Assembly (NCBI GenBank): GCA_965223335.1
Contig: OZ244991.1
Span: 992,001 to 1,056,000, forward strand
Reading direction: 5' to 3'
Origin: Thermodesulfobacteriota bacterium
Lineage (GTDB): Bacteria > Desulfobacterota_D > UBA1144 > Nemesobacterales > UBA2774
Length of the DNA: 64,000 nt
Shown piece by piece: positions 8,108 through 20,323 of this stretch (position 1 is its first letter; each line of letters begins with the position of its first letter). The position numbers and the translations under genes are program-made. The notes below the pieces were generated by a model that made no database searches, was not told the origin of the DNA, and saw only the letters and a list, made by a program, of their open reading frames with translations.

Positions 8108-10381
8108 TTAGGTATCACTCTCAATTACATTATAAAGAACGCGGCTTAGCTGCTCAAGGTTATAGGGTTTTGCGACGCATGCCTTAAAACCCCATTTCTC
8201 ATACTCGGCCATCACGCTGTCGTTCGAGTACCCGCTCGACACTATGGCTTTTACGCCGGGGTCAATGGCAATCAGTTCCTTTATGGCATCGGTGCCGCCT
8301 ATCTCACCCGGAACTGTAAGGTCGAGTATAACAGCATCAAACTGTTTGTTTTCTTCCATGCTCCTTATATATATATCGATGGTTTCTCTGCCGTTTGTAG
8401 CAAAGCTCACTTCATAACCGAGAGTGGTAAGTGCTTTTTCCAAAAGAGTTCTTATCCCCACGTCGTCATCCATCACAAGTATTTGTCCCTTCCCGGCGAT
8501 GTGAGTTTTTGATCCAAGCTGGTTCTCCGTACTCTCTGAGTCGGTAGCAGGAAGGTAAATATGAAAAGTAGTGCCTACGTTGGGTTCGGATTCAACCGAG
8601 ATGTTACCGTCATGATTCTTAATGATAGAATAGGTAGTTGCGAGCCCAAGACCGTTTCCGTCGGGTTTCGTAGTAAAATAGGGGTCAAATATTTTATGCA
8701 TCACTTCCACATCGATCCCCACACCCTCGTCGGCAACGTTTAGTTCTATATAATCACCGGGTCTTAGACCTAGGTTGTTGTTATCGTCCAGCTGTTTGTT
8801 TTTGGCCTCTATTGTAATTATGCCCCCGTCGGGCATTGCCTGCTTTGAGTTAATGATCAGATTGTTGAGCACTTGGTTTATCTGGCCCTGGTCGACGTTT
8901 ACGTTTTGAATACCCTCCTCTACACTGATCTCGTACTTTATGTTCGATCCCCTCAGCACAAACTCTGTAGATTCCTCGAGTATGTTTTTAATTGAATAGG
9001 TCTTTTTGACAGGTACCCCGCCCTTTGCGAATGTAAGCAGCTGGTCTGTGAGGTCTTTAGCCCTTGACGAGGCCGCCTCTACGTCTCCCAGGATCTCTTG
9101 TACCTCCTCGGGGTCTCCGCAGATCTTGGCAAGCGAGACATTGCCAATAATCGTGGTAAGCAGGTTGTTAAAATCGTGCGCTATACCGCCTGCCAAAATA
9201 CCGAGTGATTCCAATTTCTGCGATTTCAACATCTCTTGCTCCATCTGTTTCCTATCGGTAATATCACGCGAGGTGATAACGGCATTGATCTCACCCGAGG
9301 CTGTTTTAAACGGCTGGCCCGAGCTCTCAAGCCACCTCCATGTCCCGTCTTTATGTAGGTACCTGAAGGTTATATGCCCCGAGCTCTCAAAATTGTGGAG
9401 GCCCGCAATACACTGGTTTATCACCGCCAGCTTATCATCGTTATGAATGTACTCGAATATGCTCCTTCCAATCAGGTCATCGGGTTCATAGCCGAGTATA
9501 TCCTTGTGGTTTTGGCTCACATAGATAAATATGCCGTCTACCGAAGTTTCGATTATCAGGTTATAGCTATGCTCCACAATGGCGTTGTATCTTGCTTCGT
9601 TTTCCTCAATAGTCTGCTGTGCCTGCCTGCGCGAGGTTATGTCGCGAAAGGTAAGTACGCTGCCGCTCAGTTTTCCGTGGTCGTCTCTAATCGGCGATGC
9701 GGTGTACTCTATGGGTATCTCGGTCTGGTTTTTTGTGATTAGTGTGGTGAAGTTGGTTTGTGGGCTTGGTTCTATTCCATATAGGTTTTCAGAGGCGCTG
9801 TGTGTAATATCGAGCATTTCATGCTTTATCTTAAACACGTTTTGCAGCTCGTCCCCTACGGCGTCGGTCTCGGCCCAACCTGTGAGTTTCATGGCTGCGG
9901 GGTTTAAAAAAGTGATTGTCGAGCTGCTGTCAGTTGCTATAACCGCATCCGCCACACTGCCGAGTGTTGTGGATAATAGCCATTGCCTTTCTTTTAATTG
10001 TTTCTCAAAAGAGTGCTTGTAAAGGGCGACATCAACTGCGGTGCAGAGCTCAACATCGTCAAACGGCTTGGTTATATAGCCGTGGGGGTCGGTTGATTTA
10101 GCACGCTCTAGGGTCTCGGGATCGGTATAAGACGTCACATAAATAATCGGCAGATCATATTGGGTGCGTATCTCTTGTGCAGTTTCAACCCCGTCCATCC
10201 CACGCTTAAGCCCTATGTCCATTATAACTAAATCAGGTGAGATACTGGGTATGATCCCCAGAGCTTCCTCGGCACTAGATGCAATATGAGTGTTGCGGTA
10301 TCCGGGTTTTTTAAGTCTATCCTTAATGTCGTTTGCTATAAGCCTCTCATCTTCCACGATGAGAATGGTTTTATCTGACAT
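8108..10381 (-). CDS. Hybrid sensor histidine kinase (REC-PAS-PAS-HisKA-HATPase-REC)
   Basis: N-terminal ILIVEDE receiver, two PAS/PAC repeats, GGIAHDFNNLL H-box, FDPYFTTK/GLGL, C-terminal receiver. Confidence 0.93.
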   Translation of the reverse strand: MSDKTILIVEDERLIANDIKDRLKKPGYRNTHIASSAEEALGIIPSISPDLVIMDIGLKRGMDGVETAQEIRTQYDLPIIYVTSYTDPETLERAKSTDPHGYITKPFDDVELCTAVDVALYKHSFEKQLKERQWLLSTTLGSVADAVIATDSSSTITFLNPAAMKLTGWAETDAVGDELQNVFKIKHEMLDITHSASENLYGIEPSPQTNFTTLITKNQTEIPIEYTASPIRDDHGKLSGSVLTFRDITSRRQAQQTIEENEARYNAIVEHSYNLIIETSVDGIFIYVSQNHKDILGYEPDDLIGRSIFEYIHNDDKLAVINQCIAGLHNFESSGHITFRYLHKDGTWRWLESSGQPFKTASGEINAVITSRDITDRKQMEQEMLKSQKLESLGILAGGIAHDFNNLLTTIIGNVSLAKICGDPEEVQEILGDVEAASSRAKDLTDQLLTFAKGGVPVKKTYSIKNILEESTEFVLRGSNIKYEISVEEGIQNVNVDQGQINQVLNNLIINSKQAMPDGGIITIEAKNKQLDDNNNLGLRPGDYIELNVADEGVGIDVEVMHKIFDPYFTTKPDGNGLGLATTYSIIKNHDGNISVESEPNVGTTFHIYLPATDSESTENQLGSKTHIAGKGQILVMDDDVGIRTLLEKALTTLGYEVSFATNGRETIDIYIRSMEENKQFDAVILDLTVPGEIGGTDAIKELIAIDPGVKAIVSSGYSNDSVMAEYEKWGFKACVAKPYNLEQLSRVLYNVIESDT

Positions 10382-10411
10382 TACCGAATTGCCATTCCCC
10401 TGTTTTATTTT

Positions 10412-10960
10412 TTACGTCAATACCCTAGTCACTTCTTTACCCAGATCCCTACTCTTGTAGGGTTTGACAACAAAGCCCTTGAATCCATCATTGGAGTATT
10501 TAGACATAACAGGGTTTTGGAAATAACCACTCGACACAATAGCCTTTATGTCGGGGTTAATTTCCTTTAGGCACTTGATTGTCTCTTTGCCCCCCATTCC
10601 ACCTGGCACTGTTAGGTCAAGTATAACCAGGTCTATCCCGTTACGCCTCTCATTGCTTTTTTTGTAGAGCTCAATCGCCTCTACACCGTCATTAGCGTAT
10701 AGGGTATTATAACCCATACTTTTTAACATCTCACCCGCTACATCGCATACCATATCTTCATCGTCCATCAAAAGAATTGTACCGCTGCCCTTATATTCAT
10801 TATACGTCTGTTGCTCCGTATAGTTAAGTACCCTTGGAGAAGCCTCTAGATAGATTGTACACTCGGCCCCCACACCGAGCTCTGAATCAACCGTATTATC
10901 ATATGTATCCCACTTAGTTAACACTTTATAATATTGCATAGAAGTGCAAAACCATGTCAT
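10412..10960 (-). CDS. Receiver-domain protein; probable truncated remnant of a hybrid kinase paralog
   Basis: Intact receiver (ILLMDDE, ILDLTVPGGMGG, AIVSSGY) preceded by an HATPase tail (TVDSELGVGAECTIYL); no HisKA. Confidence 0.7.
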   Translation of the reverse strand: MTWFCTSMQYYKVLTKWDTYDNTVDSELGVGAECTIYLEASPRVLNYTEQQTYNEYKGSGTILLMDDEDMVCDVAGEMLKSMGYNTLYANDGVEAIELYKKSNERRNGIDLVILDLTVPGGMGGKETIKCLKEINPDIKAIVSSGYFQNPVMSKYSNDGFKGFVVKPYKSRDLGKEVTRVLT

Positions 10961-11144
10961 TTATACTTAAAACTGATACCCATTTAGTGGTGTGTGTTTA
11001 AAGACGGAAAGATCAATGATTGTTAAATTATATCTAGTGGTCTCCGGCACTATTTCAAGTCTATGACTTTGGTGTCGGGTACAGCTAAACTGAGCATTAA
11101 TCAACGGCTTAATGCTGGTAAGGGCATCAGGGCATAGATATAAG

Positions 11145-11408
11145 CTACTTTTTTCCGAGCTTATTGAGTATCCCTGTTTTTTCCTGAGCTTGTCTCAGTT
11201 CCTCGCCGTAACCCATCTCTCCGATCCATCTCTCAATCTCATTGTTTCGTAGCCGGCCGTAGACAACTGCCTCAAAGTTTTTAAAGTTCCACTCAAAGTT
11301 ATCTTTGAAAGAGAGCCTCCAAAGTCCTCTCAGAGTTAGACCTTTATCATAGAGGGCCAGCGTGAAGGGATGAGTTACTTTATCGTTGGCTATAACACTT
11401 TGTCTCAT
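11145..11408 (-). CDS. Small Cro/Ner-like DNA-binding protein
   Basis: 87 aa with AAGGAG RBS, divergent from a CI-like repressor; HTH-like LALYDKGLTLRGLW segment. Confidence 0.55.
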   Translation of the reverse strand: MRQSVIANDKVTHPFTLALYDKGLTLRGLWRLSFKDNFEWNFKNFEAVVYGRLRNNEIERWIGEMGYGEELRQAQEKTGILNKLGKK

Positions 11409-11486
11409 AAAACTCCTTGAATTTTATGCCAACTCGGTGTAATAATTAAATGCTAGGCATATGCATAATCAGATTAACTATGCATT

Positions 11487-11515
11487 ATTCTATGTTAACT
11501 AGCTAGATTTGTCAA
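11487..11515 (-). promoter_or_regulatory. Strong sigma70 promoter for the Cro-like gene
   Basis: Minus-strand TTGACA (11510-11515), 17 nt, TAGAAT (11487-11492). Confidence 0.65.
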
Positions 11516-11541
11516 TAGGATATTCGTTAATTAGTAAAAAC

Positions 11542-12270
11542 ATGCTGAACAAGAGACTGCGCTTGTTGATGGAAGAGAACAATCTATCTCAGGCTGACTT
11601 GGCTAAAAAACTAAATATCTCATCCGCTTATGTATCGCAGTTGCTCTCGGGTACAAAGACCAATATAAGCCGTAAACTCGGGATAGCTATCTCCAATATT
11701 TTTAACGTTAACTACGATTGGATAAAGAGCGGCGAGGGCGAGATGCGAAATGACATCCAACTGCTCAATTACCAGAGGTACGGGTCCTCGCTTAGAGAAG
11801 CGGGGGTGGAGTTTGGCAGCAATACCGGAGGCACAACGAGCATATCCCCTATCATAAGCGAGATAAACGACGATTTTGTTAAGGTCAACGTGTATAAGGT
11901 TGTGTACACCGGCAAGCCCGACACAATACCCGAGTTTCAACCAGTAGACACAATCGTCCTGCCCAAACGCATGTGCGGCCCCGATGTAATCTCGCTCAAA
12001 GTCTATGGGGACTCGATGGAGAAACTCATTATGGACGGCTCCGTGATTTCCGTCGATATCAGACAGCGCGAACTTGTGGATAAAAAGATCTACTGCTTTA
12101 GGATTCCATGGGCCGGGATCATCATACGGATGGTGCATACCGAGTTAGACGGTCTGGTACTAGAACCGTTTAACAACGAGTACGAGTCGATTACGTTTAA
12201 GTGGGATGAGTTCGATCCCGACTGTGTTGTGGGTCGGGTAATTTGTAATGTAATAAATGTCTTTAAGTAG
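11542..12270 (+). CDS. Phage CI/LexA-like repressor (XRE HTH plus S24-like domain)
   Basis: LSQADLAKKLNISSAYVSQLLSG HTH, VNYDWIKSGEGEM and VYGDSME. ATG 11542 chosen as start (ORF track starts at TTG 11509). Confidence 0.85.
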   Translation: MLNKRLRLLMEENNLSQADLAKKLNISSAYVSQLLSGTKTNISRKLGIAISNIFNVNYDWIKSGEGEMRNDIQLLNYQRYGSSLREAGVEFGSNTGGTTSISPIISEINDDFVKVNVYKVVYTGKPDTIPEFQPVDTIVLPKRMCGPDVISLKVYGDSMEKLIMDGSVISVDIRQRELVDKKIYCFRIPWAGIIIRMVHTELDGLVLEPFNNEYESITFKWDEFDPDCVVGRVICNVINVFK

Positions 12271-12318
12271 TAGCCCGGTCATCCCTCAGATAAATGTAAT
12301 GCTTTGCTCGAATCCCTA

Positions 12319-13857
12319 TTAAATCAAAGTCCTGTCCAAGGTCCTGTACTGTATGGCCTCGGAGATGTGTTCGGATAATACAGCTTCGGAACCCTCCAGG
12401 TCGGCTATGGTTCTGGCAACTTTGAGTATCCTGTCATAGGCCCGCGCACTTAGCCCAAGCTTGTCTATTGCAGTCTGCAGCAGACTGAGTCCATCTTCAT
12501 CGGGCACAGAAAGCTTTCTAATGAGTCTGGGCGGCATCTCGGAATTAGAGTAGATCTTGGTTTTCTTGAACCTTTCTTTTTGTATAGTCCTTGCTTGGTT
12601 TACCCGTCTTTTTATTGTTGCCGAGGCCACACCACTGAGCTCGCTTGAGAGCTCTTTGTACTTAACGGGCGGTACCTCGACGTGTATGTCAATGCGGTCG
12701 AGCAGGGGTCCCGACACCTTGGTCCTATACTTCTGAACCATCAAGGCCGAGCAGGTACATACCTTCTGTGGGTCCCCGTGGTACCCGCAGGGGCAGGGGT
12801 TCATAGCAGCCACAAGCATAAAGTTAGATGGGTAGGTTATCGTAGTCGCAGCCCTAGATATTGTCACTGTGCCGTCCTCAAGGGGCTGGCGAGTGACCTC
12901 TAGCACGTTTTTTCTAAACTCAGGCAGCTCGTCGAGAAATAATACCCCGTTATGAGCCAGGCTCACTTCCCCTGGTTTTGGCACTGCTCCTCCCCCGATC
13001 AACCCGGCATCGCTTATAGTGTGGTGGGGCGAGCGAAACGGTCTTGTGGCCACTACTGATGAATTATTGGAAAGTAAACCTGCGACTGAGTAGATCTTCG
13101 TGGTCTCAAGTGCTTCTTCAAGGTTCATATCGGGCAGTATTGTGGGCAATCTCCTGGCAAGCATGGTCTTACCCGTACCGGGCGAGCCGATCATAAGCAC
13201 ATTGTGCCCCCCGCTTGCGGCTACCTCGAGTGCGCGCTTTACATGCTCCTGGCCCTTTACGTCCTGAAAGTCGTTGTCATAGTGCTTATGTTGTTGAAAC
13301 GTTTCGTCCAGGTCCACTTCAACCGGGGTTAATTCCCGCTCACCTGCTAAGAACTCAACCAGGTCCGAAAGCGAATTCACAGCCAGCGTATCAATCTCAC
13401 TCACCACTGCGGCCTCTTCTGCGTTTTCTGTGGGCACTATTATGCCCTTAAGCCCCTTATCCCTGGCACAGATTGCCGAGGGCAGCACCCCTTTTACACC
13501 CTTTACCCTGCCGTCGAGCGAGAGCTCCCCAAGCACTATGTAGTCGTTTAGTAATTTGCTGTCTATTAACCCCGATGCAGCAAGCAGGCCGATTGATATG
13601 GGTAAGTCAAAGGCCGAGCCCTCTTTCCTAATATCGGCTGGTGCCAGGTTCACAGTAATCTTTCTTTGAGGGAAATCGTATCCGCTATTTTTAATTGCAG
13701 ACCTTACTCGTTCCTTGCTCTCTTTAACCGCACCCTCGGGCAGCCCCACTGTTGCGAACTGAGGGAGCCCAAGCGCTATATCAACCTCAACCTCTACAAG
13801 ATAGGAATCCACACCCAGTGTAGCACTGCTCAGCACCTTCGATATCATAGCAACCAT
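12319..13857 (-). CDS. comM: ComM/YifB Mg-chelatase-related AAA+ helicase
   Basis: VGLPEGAVKESKERV, GSPGTGKTMLARR, RPFRSPHH and MNPCPCG motifs; reading frame intact. Confidence 0.95.
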   Translation of the reverse strand: MVAMISKVLSSATLGVDSYLVEVEVDIALGLPQFATVGLPEGAVKESKERVRSAIKNSGYDFPQRKITVNLAPADIRKEGSAFDLPISIGLLAASGLIDSKLLNDYIVLGELSLDGRVKGVKGVLPSAICARDKGLKGIIVPTENAEEAAVVSEIDTLAVNSLSDLVEFLAGERELTPVEVDLDETFQQHKHYDNDFQDVKGQEHVKRALEVAASGGHNVLMIGSPGTGKTMLARRLPTILPDMNLEEALETTKIYSVAGLLSNNSSVVATRPFRSPHHTISDAGLIGGGAVPKPGEVSLAHNGVLFLDELPEFRKNVLEVTRQPLEDGTVTISRAATTITYPSNFMLVAAMNPCPCGYHGDPQKVCTCSALMVQKYRTKVSGPLLDRIDIHVEVPPVKYKELSSELSGVASATIKRRVNQARTIQKERFKKTKIYSNSEMPPRLIRKLSVPDEDGLSLLQTAIDKLGLSARAYDRILKVARTIADLEGSEAVLSEHISEAIQYRTLDRTLI

Positions 13858-14002
13858 CTATTATAACCACTTTTCTTCTTAATTTGTTAGATAAAACAGG
13901 AAATATCGTTACAGAATGCGAGAAATCTTGATAGTAGATACACTATGAAATTGAGTGTGATATACAATATAATATCAATTGGAAAATATAAGGAGGTGAC
14001 AA

Positions 14003-14296
14003 ATGAGAATAAGTGCCATGATTATTGGGGTTTTAGTATTTATCATGCCTTGCATTTCCTATGCCGATAGTGATAGTGAATTAAGAGCCGAGATCCTCGG
14101 AGAGTCGGCTGGGAAGGCAATAGCAGGTGATCATAGTGAGTATCAGCCGGATAAGGCGAAAGAAGAATGTGAATCATCATTTCAAAAACAATGGAAAGAA
14201 CATTTTGAGGAAAAAGGGTTCTCGACCGACGAAGCTGTAGTTAATAGCTTTGTGGGAGGATGTATGAAAAAATATAACAAGGCATTCGGCAAATAG
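14003..14296 (+). CDS. Small secreted hypothetical protein
   Basis: AAGGAGG RBS, signal peptide, two Cys in the mature part. Confidence 0.7.
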   Translation: MRISAMIIGVLVFIMPCISYADSDSELRAEILGESAGKAIAGDHSEYQPDKAKEECESSFQKQWKEHFEEKGFSTDEAVVNSFVGGCMKKYNKAFGK

Positions 14297-14391
14297 GGTT
14301 AAATTCTTCTAGATTGTACTGTAATCTCATGATCATTTTTAATATAGATTATAATAACTAATATTAGTGGTAATAATGGGGGGGTCAAAAT

Positions 14392-14796
14392 ATGCAGGTA
14401 CGTAATTTAAGCAATTTCTCTTTTGGAGGTGAAACAAAGTATTCTTTCGACGATGCCATAAAACAAGTTGAAGATGCATTAAAAGAGCAGGGTTTCGGCA
14501 TATTAACTCAAATCGACGCAAAAAAAGTACTAAAAGACAAACTGGATATCGACCGTAGGCCTTACAAAATCCTTGGTGCATGTAATCCTAACTTTGCTCA
14601 TAAAGCCCTGGATATGGAACCTGAGATTGGAGTGCTTCTCCCGTGCAATGTGATTGTTTATGAGAAGGAAAACGGAGAAGTCATGGTATCGGCCATGAAT
14701 CCCCAGGCAGCTCTGGGTTTAGTGGATAATACGGATATTGAGAACATTGCCAAAGAGGTTCGAATCCGAGTGGAATCGGCTTTAGAGAAATTATAG
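14392..14796 (+). CDS. DUF302 domain protein
   Basis: GFGILTQID, YKILGACNP and GVLLPCNVIVYE motifs. Confidence 0.9.
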   Translation: MQVRNLSNFSFGGETKYSFDDAIKQVEDALKEQGFGILTQIDAKKVLKDKLDIDRRPYKILGACNPNFAHKALDMEPEIGVLLPCNVIVYEKENGEVMVSAMNPQAALGLVDNTDIENIAKEVRIRVESALEKL

Positions 14797-14823
14797 ATTT
14801 GAAGCCTAAGACTAACAATAGAC

Positions 14824-15351
14824 ATGACAAACGAGATTATGTCCAATGTTATAAGCAATCCCTCAATGTCGTTATTTATATTGGGTACTTTGGTTTCGAT
14901 TGTCATTCTAATATTCAAAAGACCGCTCAATAAATCTGTTGTTGTAGATGTTCTATTCTCTTACTATCTTTTGTTCAGCATTGGGATCAACTACCTGGTC
15001 AACTTTGTCTTGCATGTTTTCTTTGGTGATATGATTGCCAAGTTTATAGGTTGGGATAATAGTCCCTTCCAACTAGAAGTAGGTTTTGCGAGCTTGGGTT
15101 TTGCAGTAGTAGGGCTGCTTGCATTCAAGGGGAGTTTGGGAATGAAAGCCGCTGCGGTTATCGGCCCCTCGATGTTTCTATTGGGTGCAGCGGGCGGACA
15201 TATATACCAGATGATCGAGGCACATAACTATGCCCCCGGCAATGCCGGCTCTGTATTTTGGATGGACATCATACTGCCGATAGTAGGTTTTGTACTATTA
15301 TATTTATACTATAGGTTCAAAAACGGTGTTGAATCAGCTGTGAGTCTATAG
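14824..15351 (+). CDS. Integral membrane protein (DUF6790-like)
   Basis: IGWDNSPFQLEVGFASLG, GHIYQMI and NYAPGNAG; multiple TM segments. Confidence 0.7.
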   Translation: MTNEIMSNVISNPSMSLFILGTLVSIVILIFKRPLNKSVVVDVLFSYYLLFSIGINYLVNFVLHVFFGDMIAKFIGWDNSPFQLEVGFASLGFAVVGLLAFKGSLGMKAAAVIGPSMFLLGAAGGHIYQMIEAHNYAPGNAGSVFWMDIILPIVGFVLLYLYYRFKNGVESAVSL

Positions 15352-15429
15352 TCTCTATACCTAATTAATGAACTAGTGCTTATTGTATATCCCAGACTCA
15401 ACAAAAGTATTTAATTTTGTACTTATTCA

Positions 15430-15456
15430 ATTGTCAGATTATCTGACAGCTTACAG
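15430..15456. promoter_or_regulatory. Putative enhancer (bEBP) binding site, copy 1
   Basis: ATTGTCAGATTATCTGACAGCTTACAG contains the perfect palindrome TGTCAGAT-T-ATCTGACA; similar copies at 27008 and 44114. Confidence 0.7.
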
Positions 15457-15498
15457 AGCCCCATTTGTGTAACCTGTACAAATCATTTACGTTATAGG

Positions 15499-15513
15499 TG
15501 GCATATATGTTGC
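15499..15513 (+). promoter_or_regulatory. Sigma54 -24/-12 promoter of the cco operon
   Basis: TGGCATATATGTTGC = GG-N10-GC, 21 nt upstream of the ccoI ATG. Confidence 0.75.
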
Positions 15514-15534
15514 CAATTCATATACCTCGAAGAT

Positions 15535-17985
15535 ATGGATACGGCTACGGGCTCTGTGACAACAACTAAGGGAAGTGGTACGATCTCATTGCGGGATTCG
15601 GCTTGTATACACTGTGGTGACGAGGTGACTCCCGACACGTCGGTTATATACGAGGAAAAGCTGTTTTGCTGCGCGGGATGCGTATCTGTATATCGTTTTA
15701 TCCACGAGCTTGGGCTTTCGGAATTCTATAATCTTAAAGACACAAATTCCCCCACACCTTACAAGGTCACCGACACCCGGGATTACTCCTATCTGAACAC
15801 AGAGAGTTTTAAAAAACAGTACACACTAGAGGGCGAGCCGAACACTATGGTTTTTTACATAGAGGGTGTTCATTGCTCGGCATGCCTGTGGTTGATTGAA
15901 CGGATTCCTCAGTACGAGAGCAATATAAATTCAGTTCAACTCGATATGTCTACCAATCTGGCGACAGTTCGGTTTCATGACACTACCCATTTCTCTTCGT
16001 TCCCGGATATGATCAGTAAGCTTGGATACAGGGCTCATCCAGTAAAAGATGATGATCATGTCCGGGAACTCCTTTTGCGCGAGAACCGCTGGGCGCTTAT
16101 CCGATTGGCAGTCGCGGGGGTAGCCGCAGGCAATATCATGTTGCTGTCCGCTGCCATATACTCGGGGGCCGATGGCTTCATGGGTAACTATTTCGGGCTA
16201 ATAAATATGATTTTGGCAATCCCGGTAGTGTCATACTGCGCTTACCCTTTCTATAAGAGCGTTCTCAGGTCATTAAACAACAGACAGCTAACTGTAGATA
16301 TACCGATTGTTTTTGTCATCCTAGTTGGGTTCATATTGAGCACATACGGTTTTTTTAGGGGCAGCGACCAGGTCTATTTCGATTCGATTACTGTGTTTGT
16401 GTTCCTATTGCTCGCCAGCAGGTATGTGCTCTCGATTATCCGCTCCAGGGTCTCTGATCACGAACCGCTTAGCAACAGCATATTCTCGTCCGATAAAACA
16501 TTGGTCTGGGACAAGGCTTCCAAACAGTATTTCTACCAGCCTACTCATATCCTTAGACCCGGCGATCGTATTAAGTTGGAGCGGGGCGATCGTGTACCAG
16601 TAGACGGGGTATTGGCGGGTGCTAATGCGACGCTTAATTTATCGGTTTTAAGCGGCGAGAGCATTCCTGTTACTGCACTCAGGGGCGATGCGGTATATGC
16701 GGGTTCGATTGTGTTGGGTGAGCAAACAGTTGTAGAGGTAGAGAAAACTAAAAGCGACACACGCATTGGAAAGATACTCGATAAAATAGATAAAAATTAC
16801 GACTCCACACCCCAGTGCCGTTCATTTGCATCCAGGTACTCCACTATTTTTACATTGCTCGTAGTTGTGAGTGCATTTTGTACATTCGGCGCTGTAAGCG
16901 TACTTTACGGATCAGCAGTAGCACTCGACAGGGTTATTGCTCTTGTTCTGATCTCGTGTCCGTGCGCATTCGTAATAGCGCTACCCCTAATACATGGCCT
17001 ATCACTCAAAGGGGGTTTGAACAAGGGGTTTATTGTTAAAGACCTCGGTGTGCTCGAGAGGTTTGGAGCTATAGACAACATATTTTTCGACAAAACCGGT
17101 ACACTGACCAAGGGGGTATTCAAGGTGCTTCGTTGGGATCTGGATGACATGGGGGACGATGATCTTTCCGCTGTGCTCGCAATTGAGAGGATGTCCTCAC
17201 ACCCTGTAGCTAGGTCAATTGTATCGTATCTATCCCAAAAGAGGCTTAACAACCCCGTGGTTACAGAGATGAAGACGGTACCGTTAAGGGGTGTAGAGGC
17301 CGTGGTAAACGGCCACTCTTATAGGATCGTATCCGATATAGAAAAAAACCACGAGACCGACTTCAACCAGATTGTCTCTACACAGACACTCATATTTAAG
17401 GACGATAAACCGATCTCTACTGTGTATCTGGGCGACTCGTTAAAAGAAGATGCCAAATTTGTCTTAAATCAACTCGGTCAAATGGACTACGATCTTTTTA
17501 TCCTCTCGGGCGATAAAGAGGGCAACGTAAAGAGCGTGGCCCAGAGGCTTCAGATTCCCCTCGAATCTGCGTACTGGGGCAAAACACCCGAGGAAAAATC
17601 CGAAATAGTAAGTGGTGCTTCAGGGAGCCTAATGGTAGGGGATGGGCTAAACGACACCGGTGCTATGTCGTCTGCCGACGCCAGTGTGTCTGTGCAGGGT
17701 GGGGTCGAGGAGAGCCTCAAGGTATCTGATGTATATATATTGAATAACGACCTCTACACGCTGCTCGATATATTTCAGCATGCGGATCTAACCAGACAAA
17801 CCATACGACGCAACAGTGTGTTTTCGGTGCTCTACAACGTGGGCGGCGGAGCGCTTGCGGTCATGGGTTACGTAGGCCCGCTTGTGGCAGCGGTTCTTAT
17901 GCCCCTTAGCTCAGTACTCTTAATTGCGTCCTCAGTCTATGGATATAACAAAATGTCGCAAAGACGGGGAGGATACTCCAGATGA
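15535..17985 (+). CDS. ccoI: CcoI/FixI heavy-metal (Cu) P1B-type ATPase
   Basis: CIHCG/FCCAGC N-terminal metal domain, HCSACLW, SCPCA, FDKTGTLT and VGDGLND; leads the cco cluster. Confidence 0.92.
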   Translation: MDTATGSVTTTKGSGTISLRDSACIHCGDEVTPDTSVIYEEKLFCCAGCVSVYRFIHELGLSEFYNLKDTNSPTPYKVTDTRDYSYLNTESFKKQYTLEGEPNTMVFYIEGVHCSACLWLIERIPQYESNINSVQLDMSTNLATVRFHDTTHFSSFPDMISKLGYRAHPVKDDDHVRELLLRENRWALIRLAVAGVAAGNIMLLSAAIYSGADGFMGNYFGLINMILAIPVVSYCAYPFYKSVLRSLNNRQLTVDIPIVFVILVGFILSTYGFFRGSDQVYFDSITVFVFLLLASRYVLSIIRSRVSDHEPLSNSIFSSDKTLVWDKASKQYFYQPTHILRPGDRIKLERGDRVPVDGVLAGANATLNLSVLSGESIPVTALRGDAVYAGSIVLGEQTVVEVEKTKSDTRIGKILDKIDKNYDSTPQCRSFASRYSTIFTLLVVVSAFCTFGAVSVLYGSAVALDRVIALVLISCPCAFVIALPLIHGLSLKGGLNKGFIVKDLGVLERFGAIDNIFFDKTGTLTKGVFKVLRWDLDDMGDDDLSAVLAIERMSSHPVARSIVSYLSQKRLNNPVVTEMKTVPLRGVEAVVNGHSYRIVSDIEKNHETDFNQIVSTQTLIFKDDKPISTVYLGDSLKEDAKFVLNQLGQMDYDLFILSGDKEGNVKSVAQRLQIPLESAYWGKTPEEKSEIVSGASGSLMVGDGLNDTGAMSSADASVSVQGGVEESLKVSDVYILNNDLYTLLDIFQHADLTRQTIRRNSVFSVLYNVGGGALAVMGYVGPLVAAVLMPLSSVLLIASSVYGYNKMSQRRGGYSR

Positions 17986-18161
17986 GCATCATACTTCTTA
18001 CACTAGGGGTTTCTATTACGCTTGCATTGATATTCCTCGGTGTTTTTATATGGGCCACTCATAAGGGTCAATACGACGACCTTGTTACACCGAGCCAACG
18101 AATGTTAATAGACGATTATGAAGAGATACAAACAAAATCTGCCTTAAAGGAGGACAGATAG
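17982..18161 (+). CDS. ccoS: cbb3 oxidase assembly protein CcoS
   Basis: Not in the ORF track. Translates as MSIILLTLGVSITLALIFLGVFIWATHKGQYDDLVTPSQRMLIDD...; ATGA overlap with ccoI. Confidence 0.88.
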   Translation: MSIILLTLGVSITLALIFLGVFIWATHKGQYDDLVTPSQRMLIDDYEEIQTKSALKEDR

Positions 18162-18163
18162 AC

Positions 18164-20310
<2,147 letters not shown>

Positions 20311-20323
<13 letters not shown>

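Noticed and set aside
9968..12083. Isolated perfect DnaA boxes TGTGGATAA at 9968 and 12075
   Set aside because: Single intragenic 9-mers; not clustered, so they may be chance.
11145..13857. Intact prophage or an element interrupting comM
   Set aside because: comM is full length, and no integrase, replication or structural genes are present.
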